DNA of 64,000 nt from an uncultured Faecalibacterium sp. (GTDB lineage Bacteria > Bacillota > Clostridia > Oscillospirales > Ruminococcaceae): contig CAZRGP010000009.1 in the NCBI GenBank assembly GCA_964599695.1, forward strand, positions 1,019-65,018. The letters are read 5' to 3'. Of this stretch, positions 9,678 to 15,943 are shown piece by piece; position 1 is the stretch's first letter; each line of letters begins with the position of its first letter. Under the pieces are notes generated by a model. The model did no database searches, was not told the origin of the DNA, and was given only the letters and a program-made list of their open reading frames with translations. The translations under genes were made by a program, and so were the position numbers.

Positions 9678-10133
9678 TTAAAAATAAACGCCGCTGTTCT
9701 CAAGTTCATCAAGGATATCACCAACAACGCCAACGTTGTATGGAGTAATAATGAATGTGCTGTTAGCTACGCGCTTGATCTGTCCGTCGATGGCATAGGC
9801 TACACCACTGAGAAAGTCAAGAAGACGTCTGGAAACCTCTTTATTTGTGGACTCAAGGTTCAGAACGACTGTCCTGCGGTTGATGAGGTGATCCGCCACG
9901 ATGCTTCCGTCCGCATATGCTTCCGGCTTTACGAGAACGACCTCAAGCTGAGTCGTTGCGTTAATGTTGACGATCTTATCATTTTTCTTCTCGGAGCGGT
10001 CATCGCGTCTGCGGGGTTTCTTTTCCTCTGCGTCGCTTTCCTCTTCCGATGTATAATCCTGAAAGTTATCGGATGTATCCTCGGCGTCGTCCTGATCAAA
10101 GCCGAAGAAATCTTTGATTTTTTCTAACATCAC
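9678..10133 (-). CDS. sepF: Cell-division protein SepF
   Basis: 151 aa. Acidic linker then the SepF core (VVLVKPEAYADGSIVADHLINRRTVVLNLE...QIKRVANSTFIITP). Confidence 0.9.
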   Translation of the reverse strand: MMLEKIKDFFGFDQDDAEDTSDNFQDYTSEEESDAEEKKPRRRDDRSEKKNDKIVNINATTQLEVVLVKPEAYADGSIVADHLINRRTVVLNLESTNKEVSRRLLDFLSGVAYAIDGQIKRVANSTFIITPYNVGVVGDILDELENSGVYF

Positions 10134-10260
10134 AATCCTCCTAATAATCCATTAAACTCCTATAATTATCTTATTTTTTATATTCAAAGTCAACAAATAT
10201 GGAGGCAGCGCGGAAGAAGAATTCGATCCGACTTTTTTCCAAAGGCCAGCAAACGAACAC

Positions 10261-10289
10261 TTGACAAACATTCCCTAAAAAGATAGAAT
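10261..10289 (+). promoter_or_regulatory. Sigma-A promoter of the tRNA-Gln/tRNA-Pro unit (TTGACA-17nt-TAGAAT)
   Basis: Consensus -35 at 10261-10266 and -10 at 10284-10289, 12 nt before the tRNA 5' end. Confidence 0.6.
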
Positions 10290-10300
10290 ATCCGTCGTGA

Positions 10301-10374
10301 AGCGGAATTGTGTAAAGGTAGCACGACAGACTCTGACTCTGTTTGTGAGGGTTCGAATCCTTCTTCCGCTACCA
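10301..10374 (+). tRNA. tRNA-Gln (anticodon CUG), CCA encoded
   Basis: Hand-folded cloverleaf. Acceptor AGCGGAA/TTCCGCT, D arm GTGT/GCAC, anticodon stem ACAGA/TCTGT with loop CTCTGAC, T arm GAGGG-TTCGAAT-CCTTC, discriminator A, CCA. Confidence 0.8.
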
Positions 10375-10379
10375 ACTTA

Positions 10380-10412
10380 GCCGTTGGATGACACATCCAA
10401 TGGCTTAATTTT
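10380..10412 (+). other. 11-bp hairpin plus T tract in the tRNA-Gln/tRNA-Pro spacer
   Basis: GCCGTTGGATG-aca-CATCCAATGGC followed by TTAATTTT. Confidence 0.4.
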
Positions 10413-10413
10413 T

Positions 10414-10490
10414 CGGGGTGTGGCTCAGTTTGGTAGAGTGCTTGGTTCGGGACCAAGAGGCCGCGGGTTCGAATCCCGCCACTCCGACCA
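10414..10490 (+). tRNA. tRNA-Pro (anticodon CGG), CCA encoded; its 3' end is attL of the integrated element
   Basis: Acceptor CGGGGTG/CACTCCG, anticodon stem CTTGG/CCAAG with loop TTCGGGA, T arm GCGGG-TTCGAAT-CCCGC, discriminator A, CCA. Confidence 0.9.
10468..10490. repeat. attL: 23-bp direct repeat TTCGAATCCCGCCACTCCGACCA (3' end of tRNA-Pro)
   Basis: Identical 23-mer recurs at 18154..18176, right after the integrase gene. Confidence 0.85.
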
Positions 10491-10497
10491 ATTTTAG

Positions 10498-10545
10498 AAA
10501 GTACTGTAAAATAGCGAAAAACGCCTATTTTACAGTACTTTTTTG
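10498..10545 (+). terminator. Rho-independent terminator now serving the tRNA operon, supplied by the inserted element
   Basis: AAAGTACTGTAAAATAGCG-aaaaa-CGCCTATTTTACAGTACTTT followed by TTTT. Confidence 0.75.
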
Positions 10546-10800
10546 ATGCTTTAGGTACCCCAAAAATTATCGAAAACTGTAAGAAAATTATCGAAAAATA
10601 GCATTTCAAGTACATAGTAAGGCACATAGTAAAATCCGACTAAAATAATACTATATAAAAAGAGAAACTCCAGCGCGGAATTAACCACGCTGGAGAATCC
10701 CCAGAAAGGACACCATGATAATGGAACAACTATGATTTATAGGAGAACTCTATGTCACACTTATATTATACCAGCCGATTACCCTGTCAGTGACTGCACG

Positions 10801-10833
10801 AACAACAAAACCCCCCGCCACTATGGACGGGGG
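10801..10833 (-). terminator. Rho-independent terminator at the left end of the element
   Basis: Minus strand reads CCCCCGtCC-atagt-GGcGGGGG followed by TTTTGTTGTT. Confidence 0.6.
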
Positions 10834-10942
10834 ATTCTGCTGTCGGGGAAAAATGAAACTGCCCTTGCGGGCTGGAGCGGGACTGACGCGCCCGCTATAC
10901 GGACGGGATATTCACCCCGTCTTCGGTGATTGCCAGACTGAA

Positions 10943-11269
10943 TTACCAATCTTTTGTGAGATTAGCCAACTCGTCAGAAACCGCTTTTACGTACGCCTTG
11001 GTATTGTCGTACCTTTGCTGGAGTTCTTCCAACTCTGCTACACATTCGTGATACATTTTTTCGTAATCCTGTTCTTCGGGTAACAGCAGTTCGATTCCGA
11101 CGTCCGCGCCCCAGAGATTGTCGCCTTTGCCGTTTACATCTCTCTGGAGCATGTACCAGACATAACCGTCCGACGTCGCCGTATCGAGGATATCGTAGAT
11201 CCCTTGCGTAATAAACTTGCCGTACCACGAACCGTTCACCGTCGGATATAGTCTTCCCCGCAAGTTCAC
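10943..11269 (-). CDS. Hypothetical 108-aa protein; possibly the C-terminal remnant of a late (lysis or cell-wall-binding?) gene fused at a deletion junction
   Basis: GTG start overlaps the terminase stop (GTGA). Sequence NGSWYGKFITQGIYDILDTATSDGYVWYML...NLWGADVG then a coiled-coil tail. No confident family assignment. Confidence 0.4.
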   Translation of the reverse strand: MNLRGRLYPTVNGSWYGKFITQGIYDILDTATSDGYVWYMLQRDVNGKGDNLWGADVGIELLLPEEQDYEKMYHECVAELEELQQRYDNTKAYVKAVSDELANLTKDW

Positions 11270-12114
11270 CGAAGTGACCTTTGCTTGCAGTTTCGTCTTG
11301 GCGGGTTATAACTCGCAAAATCATACGACAACGCACCGCCACGCAAGACGGACTGTTTAACGCTTCGTTCCTCGTCTGCTCCGTTGATCTGGTCACGTTC
11401 CTCAATCCATAGGATTCCGATATACCCGAATTCGGGCTTGATTGATTTCAATTTGATAGGATCGTCGACCCCGCGGAAGTATATCTTTTGCCCCGTCTTT
11501 TTGTAAACGATCTCGACGGGATTCGTTCTGTATTTGAATTCTTCATCCAGCCCCAGAACATTTATCGCCCACTTCATCTGTGAATATACAGAGTCTTTCA
11601 GTGTGCTTCCGACCTTACGCACGACGCACGCGTGCATATCGGGATTGTTCTTTATCAACTCCACTATTTTCAGCGATATGAAAGAACTCTTTAACCCACC
11701 GCGCCCGCCTTTAAAGATGTATGTCTTATTCGGCTCGATATTCCTGTTGATATCGACAAAAGCCTTCCCCAGAACTCTGGCGGGCAACTCATACGGTTTA
11801 TCGTCCTTGGCGACAACTTCGGTTAACTCTTGCCATTTCTCTATCGCTTTGATATCCCCAGACGTCGCGCCTTTGAACACTGACGCTACAACCACGGCGC
11901 TGTTGGTGAGATCCTCGTCCTCTATCCCCAGCGCTTCCAGTGTCCGCTTCGTCTTGTCGGATGTAATCGGGCTGTCTGCAATCTGTCTGGCTAACTGCGC
12001 CATGCTAGATCGCGCACGTCTTGCCTTCCCGCTTGCGATCCCGCCTTTTTTCCCCATCTCTCGCGCTTCGCTCGCGCTTCGTATCGGCGGATTTAGATTC
12101 TGCCTGTTAGCCAT
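11266..12114 (-). pseudogene. Truncated phage terminase: TerS-like N-terminus fused to a PBSX-type TerL ATPase domain; nuclease half missing
   Basis: N-terminus NLNPPIRSASEAREMGKKGGIASGKARR (small-terminase-like). Then YIFKGGRGGLKSS (Walker A-like), ILWIEERDQ (Walker B) and SYNPP. The ORF stops about 10 aa later at 282 aa. Confidence 0.7.
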
Positions 12115-12294
12115 TTACCCTTTCGCCATCTTCTCTATGATTGACAGCGTCCTTTTTCTTTCCTTCTCCAACGCCACCGCAACGCGCCATTGCGCGTACC
12201 CTTGTTTGCTGTACCATTTGTACGCCATCGGATTCGTTGTCGGCGTTCGCTGTGTGTTTATCTCTTGTATTAACCTATCGGCGTCTATCTTCAT
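12115..12294 (-). CDS. Hypothetical 59-aa protein abutting the terminase start (TAAATG)
   Basis: MKIDADRLIQEINTQRTPTTNPMAYKWYSKQGYAQWRVAVALEKERKRTLSIIEKMAKG. Below the ORF-track cutoff, read by hand. Weak RBS. Confidence 0.4.
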   Translation of the reverse strand: MKIDADRLIQEINTQRTPTTNPMAYKWYSKQGYAQWRVAVALEKERKRTLSIIEKMAKG

Positions 12295-12378
12295 TGACTA
12301 TTATCCCGAACAATATCACCGCGATAACTAACGCGATCAGTGTGAGATTGTTTTCTAGTGTGAATATCATCTGACAAC

Positions 12379-12414
12379 ACAAAAAAGACGTCAGAATTGC
12401 TTCCAACGTCTTCC
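12379..12414 (-). terminator. Rho-independent terminator ending the leftward toxin operon
   Basis: Minus strand reads GAAGACGT-tggaagcaattctg-ACGTCTT followed by TTTTTGTGTTG. Confidence 0.65.
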
Positions 12415-12436
12415 CCCTGTTCATTTACAGTTTCAA

Positions 12437-12460
12437 AGCGGGGACGCGTCTTTCCCCGCT
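12437..12460 (-). terminator. Second hairpin just upstream of the terminator (tandem terminator or attenuator)
   Basis: AGCGGGGA-cgcgtctt-TCCCCGCT, followed on the minus strand by TTTGAAAC. Confidence 0.4.
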
Positions 12461-12740
12461 TCTCGACCTCACCGTTTAACGCCTTTTCCCGTGTCGCTTC
12501 GCCCGCTCCGCATCCGCTATGCAATCCGCGGAATCAGTAAGAGAGGGTACTTCGCCAAGACGTCTTTCGTTTCATCCACGACGCCAACGTAACACGCCGT
12601 ACCTTTACGCAAGATAGCGCCCTGTTCCCCGCGATACTATCGCCATAATACCGTTTGCAATTAAAGGAACTTCGGGATTTGGCAAGGCTTTTTAAAGCGT
12701 TCGCCTTAACCGCTTTGGATATCTCTATCCGTAACTGCCC

Positions 12741-13055
12741 TTATTTAATTAGATCTGTTAGCGGAATCAATCCTGTTACCGCCGAACCTATCTTTTTCAT
12801 AACGCTGTTCTCGTTCAAGTACTCTGCGCCTTTTAGCGTGATCTCTGCTTTGCTCACATCTGCTATCGGCGTGCCTAATATATCCGTATATATCCTTACG
12901 TTTCGGATATATCCTTCAGCAATTAGGCTTTTCAGCACTTGCCCCAACTTTGACGGACTGCAACCCAACACTTCGGGCTGTAAGGATGTAGCGGGATGCT
13001 CTCCATTTTCCAGCGCTTTTAGTATCTTATACGCAAGTGATAACGTTTCATTCAT
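12741..13055 (-). CDS. YjcQ-family phage-associated protein (winged-helix-like)
   Basis: 104 aa. AYKILKALENG...LIAEGYIRNV...ITLKGAEYLNENS matches my recollection of B. subtilis YjcQ architecture. Start directly abuts the upstream stop (TAAATG). Confidence 0.6.
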   Translation of the reverse strand: MNETLSLAYKILKALENGEHPATSLQPEVLGCSPSKLGQVLKSLIAEGYIRNVRIYTDILGTPIADVSKAEITLKGAEYLNENSVMKKIGSAVTGLIPLTDLIK

Positions 13056-13370
13056 TTAGAAAACAAAACCCTTCCTGTTTACGCCTTTGATAATTCTGCG
13101 TTTTCCGCCATTGTCAATACTCACAAAATCTATAATTACTTCTCCGCCATCGTCCCGCCATTCTGCAAAGCAAGCAAACGCGTCGTTTTTTCTCATAACC
13201 TCTGGAAATTTTATTGGCGTCAACCATCCCGAAACATCTTCCAGCAAGATATTGTCTCTTTCTTCGGCGTGACCTTCCCCAGATTCATCTATCCACGTTC
13301 CCCCTAAATTGTTGGCGCTTTTCTTCAGCAACATCGAAAAAGCATCGATTTTCTCTTTTAAATCCATCAT
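13056..13370 (-). CDS. Hypothetical acidic 104-aa protein (candidate immunity/antitoxin partner of the upstream gene)
   Basis: ATGA start/stop overlap with the upstream basic protein. D/E-rich. No recognised family. Confidence 0.55.
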   Translation of the reverse strand: MMDLKEKIDAFSMLLKKSANNLGGTWIDESGEGHAEERDNILLEDVSGWLTPIKFPEVMRKNDAFACFAEWRDDGGEVIIDFVSIDNGGKRRIIKGVNRKGFVF

Positions 13371-13753
13371 GTCACCCCCTTTTCTTTAATATACTTTGCT
13401 ATTGTCGGATTGTGTACACCGTCTTTAAGCGTTGATACATACTTCCCATCATTCGTTATGACAACGTCGTCACCCTTAACATAGAAATCACAATACCCCG
13501 TCTGTCCTCTCCAAAATCCAGAAACTATGAACTCTTTGTTCTCAATTATATCGCTTGTTATTTCTGCAAATTCATTCCTGTCTTGTTGGCTTTTCGGATC
13601 TAGCCCCCAATCGGGGGCGTGCTTTCTGATTTTCTTGCCTAACTGCTCGTTCTCTATAACAATCCCACCAGACGTTTTTGGCTTCTTTGTCTTCTTGCCA
13701 ACGTTTTCGTCGATTGCTTTCTGCCTTTCAAGTTTGCTCAACGCCCTTGCCAT
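13367..13753 (-). CDS. Hypothetical basic 128-aa protein, toxin-like (KHAPDWG ... VVITNDGKYVST)
   Basis: ORF open to 13867, but that part overlaps a micro-ORF and a GC hairpin. Start taken at ATGGCAAGGGCG (13753). Lys-rich N-terminus then a compact domain. Confidence 0.55.
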   Translation of the reverse strand: MARALSKLERQKAIDENVGKKTKKPKTSGGIVIENEQLGKKIRKHAPDWGLDPKSQQDRNEFAEITSDIIENKEFIVSGFWRGQTGYCDFYVKGDDVVITNDGKYVSTLKDGVHNPTIAKYIKEKGVT

Positions 13754-13805
13754 TATCACACTGGCGCGCCATTCCCGCGCCTTCCTTTCGCGCGGGATCA
13801 CCGCA

Positions 13806-13943
13806 TTATTTTGTTTTTTTCTTCTTGTCAGAAGCAGTACGCTTTTTGTGTCCTCGTAATGTAGCAACGTTGCTGGCGTTGATCGCCTTCAACAGCGCCA
13901 TCGTTTCCGCTTCTTGCTTCGTTATCTTTTTCTTGTCAGCCAT
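13806..13943 (-). CDS. Lys-rich micro-ORF 2 (45 aa), coupled to the stop of the upstream gene
   Basis: MADKKKITKQEAETMALLKAINASNVATLRGHKKRTASDKKKKTK. GGGGG RBS sits inside the end of the upstream gene, with 1 nt between TAA and ATG. Paralogous to micro-ORF 1. Confidence 0.45.
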   Translation of the reverse strand: MADKKKITKQEAETMALLKAINASNVATLRGHKKRTASDKKKKTK

Positions 13944-13944
13944 T

Positions 13945-14775
13945 TTACCCCCTAACAACGATTGCGCTTCGATCAATAACGTTATAATATCCGCTTCCGT
14001 TAGTTATAACGTTGTACCCCATCATCAGCGCATAATTCGAAATATTGTTGTCGCTCAAACTTCCCGTCGCCCTTGCAACTTGCGGGTGACTTGCTCTGAA
14101 CTGCTGTGCTTTGTTGTACAACTGATAATAATCTATCGTTCTTGCGTTCGGTGACAAAACCGCATTGATAGTAACTGCGTTTGAACCGCCATATCCTGTC
14201 GCGCGACCGCCGTTCATATCAAAGTACGTTCCGTTCCCGTACGCATTTCCGCCACGCTTACCGCCAACGTAATTGTACTTCCCATACATAATCTGCTGTG
14301 CGACTTGCTGTGGTGACTGATTAAACTGCGTTCCGTTGACGTTGATAGTGCCACCGCTAATGCTTCGGCTCAAAATCTGCGATCTAGGAATGTTGTTTTG
14401 CCTTAAATAATTGTCAAACGCTTGCCCTTGCAAAACTTGTGGCGCTTCATTCAAGCCTATAGCAAATACGAACTTCTGCGTATCGTTCTGTACATCATTT
14501 AAGTGATACGGCATATCGATGCTTTTTGACATATTTACCAACTGCGCCAACTGGGAATCACTCATTTGTGTCAGTGCGTCAAGCGACTGCGGAATGACGT
14601 TATCTAAACTTCCGTCGTCTTGCGCCTGTTGCGCGTTCTGCAATATCTGATTTATCTGTTGCGCTGTTGCTCCGCCGACTGGATTATTCGGCGTCGTAGG
14701 GGCTGGCTGTTGAATCTGTGTAGCACTTGCCCGCGCCCACTGCGTTCTTCTTGTTTTCGGATTCGCTCTTGCCAT
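13945..14775 (-). CDS. Hypothetical 276-aa protein with Q-rich N-terminus and possible ART/PARP-like C-terminal domain
   Basis: Start at ATGGCAAGAGCG (14775) after a GAAAGG RBS. Motif-like strings ILSRSISGG, NAYGNGTYFD and YYNVIDRSAIVV. Confidence 0.6.
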   Translation of the reverse strand: MARANPKTRRTQWARASATQIQQPAPTTPNNPVGGATAQQINQILQNAQQAQDDGSLDNVIPQSLDALTQMSDSQLAQLVNMSKSIDMPYHLNDVQNDTQKFVFAIGLNEAPQVLQGQAFDNYLRQNNIPRSQILSRSISGGTINVNGTQFNQSPQQVAQQIMYGKYNYVGGKRGGNAYGNGTYFDMNGGRATGYGGSNAVTINAVLSPNARTIDYYQLYNKAQQFRASHPQVARATGSLSDNNISNYALMMGYNVITNGSGYYNVIDRSAIVVRG

Positions 14776-14851
14776 CGTCTGCACCTTTCAAGACGCTGGC
14801 TGTTATACCGCGTCTTTCGTTTCTGTACTCTCGACGCGGATTATCCCGCGG

Positions 14852-14992
14852 TTATTTTGTTTTCTTTTTTAAGGATTCTTTCTTTTCTTTTTTCTTTGGC
14901 GCTTTAAAATCACTGATTCCAAGCCCGTTGCTTGTCCATCTATCGAACCCTTCCGCCATCGTTTGCTTCTTTGTCTTTCTTTTTGTTGCCAT
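14852..14992 (-). CDS. Lys-rich micro-ORF 1 (46 aa), TAATG-coupled to the ART gene
   Basis: MATKRKTKKQTMAEGFDRWTSNGLGISDFKAPKKKEKKESLKKKTK. Followed by the CGCGG/CCGCG hairpin at 14834-14850. Confidence 0.45.
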   Translation of the reverse strand: MATKRKTKKQTMAEGFDRWTSNGLGISDFKAPKKKEKKESLKKKTK

Positions 14993-15507
14993 TATCCTAC
15001 CTCAACAACTATTTCTATTTGCTTCTGTGTGTATGACTGCGTCCCTTGCCGTCTTGCAGTGTTTCCAGTGTAACGCACGTCTTTAATTCTCATTTGCTGT
15101 GACGGCGCTAAAACGATTTCTCCAAGCGCTCCGCCCGCGCCATTGCCCGTCATTAGTGCCTGTGTCCCCGCTTTCGCTTCGTACACTATTTTAACCGCTC
15201 TTGACGTGAATACTTGCGGATTGATTGCGTGTCTAAAATCATTATACGACGTTGATAGGAACTTGTCTTCTTTAAACGTCGCACCAACCAAGGCGTTCTT
15301 TAACTGTTGCGTTGAATAATTTTCATACGAACCTTTCAATCCCGCCATATTCACAAGTGAATTCATCATTCCGTCGTGATCGTATCTGTACAGATATACG
15401 TTCTGTCCCAGATTGTGCATAGCATCCATCAGCCCATCGCGGACGTACCTCTGATTCGCCGTCAACTTTAATCCCCTTGCCATAGCATAGTTCATATTCT
15501 GGCTCAT
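14992..15507 (-). CDS. ADP-ribosyltransferase, R-S-E class (C3/VIP2 'exoenzyme' type domain)
   Basis: 171 aa. NYAMARGLKL, LYRYD (Arg motif), FLSTSY (STS motif), VKIVYEAKAGTQAL, GALGEIVLAP (catalytic Glu). Start may instead be the ATGGCAAGG at 15483. Confidence 0.8.
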   Translation of the reverse strand: MSQNMNYAMARGLKLTANQRYVRDGLMDAMHNLGQNVYLYRYDHDGMMNSLVNMAGLKGSYENYSTQQLKNALVGATFKEDKFLSTSYNDFRHAINPQVFTSRAVKIVYEAKAGTQALMTGNGAGGALGEIVLAPSQQMRIKDVRYTGNTARRQGTQSYTQKQIEIVVEVG

Positions 15508-15703
15508 TGAATAAAGTGACGTACCCGTTCACGCTCATTGCAAACTGCATATCATTAGCCCACGCCTTGCTGAACGCCTTTGCTTCTTTCTTGGCGTCCC
15601 GCCAGAACGTCTTTGTGCTGTTGTCGATATCGGTGACGTAGTAGTAACGCCCGTCGTTGCCGATTGTGGCGACGTAATACTTGAACTTAATTCCCTTCGC
15701 CAT
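15323..15703 (-). CDS. Hypothetical protein; the 3' ~185 nt overlap the ART gene out of frame (possible frameshifted N-terminal module of the ART)
   Basis: GGGAG RBS plus ATG at 15703, 1 nt after the upstream stop. MAKGIKFKYYVATIGNDGRYYYVTDIDNSTKTFWRDAKKEAKAFSKAWANDMQF looks protein-like; the tail beyond ~15510 looks like out-of-frame read-through. Confidence 0.4.
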   Translation of the reverse strand: MAKGIKFKYYVATIGNDGRYYYVTDIDNSTKTFWRDAKKEAKAFSKAWANDMQFAMSVNGYVTLFNEPEYELCYGKGIKVDGESEVRPRWADGCYAQSGTERISVQIRSRRNDEFTCEYGGIERFV

Positions 15704-15704
15704 T

Positions 15705-15869
15705 TCAGTCTCCCTTCTTCTGCACCGTGCAGATGTAACCCCCGCACGTTCCGTTCGTGATCTTTTCGTCCAGCCTTTCGCAAAAGGCGTCAACTTCCTT
15801 TTCGGTTTCGAACCGTTTCGTCAACTTCTTGCCCTTCTCGTTGACGTACTCAACCAACCAAGATTTCAT
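15705..15869 (-). CDS. Hypothetical 54-aa protein
   Basis: AGGAAAGGAAGGA RBS. MKSWLVEYVNEKGKKLTKRFETEKEVDAFCERLDEKITNGTCGGYICTVQKKGD. Confidence 0.5.
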   Translation of the reverse strand: MKSWLVEYVNEKGKKLTKRFETEKEVDAFCERLDEKITNGTCGGYICTVQKKGD

Positions 15870-15943
15870 CTGTGTTCCTTCCTTTCCTCGCGGGCTTGTG
15901 ACCGCCGTCGGCTTCATTAAGGGCGAAGCGCCCCCGCTCTGAA

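Noticed and set aside
10190-10627. 145-aa minus-strand ORF spanning the tRNA region.
   Set aside because: It runs antisense through two well-folding tRNA genes, their promoter and their terminator, so it is not coding.
10836-10942. Possible retron msr/msd-like or other RT-associated ncRNA in the GC-rich hairpin cluster.
   Set aside because: No reverse transcriptase or other partner gene exists anywhere in the window. It is kept only as a generic structured 3' region in the findings.
12291-12524. 77-aa minus-strand ORF in the gap between the YjcQ-like gene and the terminase.
   Set aside because: It runs straight through two hairpin terminators and has no RBS. The hand-read 59-aa ORF abutting the terminase (12115-12294) is the better, though still weak, candidate.
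13754-13867. N-terminal extension of the 166-aa ORF (MLHYEDTKSVLLLTRRKKQNN...).
   Set aside because: It overlaps Lys-rich micro-ORF 2 and a GC hairpin, and the text looks like the out-of-frame A-rich sequence. The conserved ATGGCAAGGGCG start at 13753 is preferred. The start remains uncertain.
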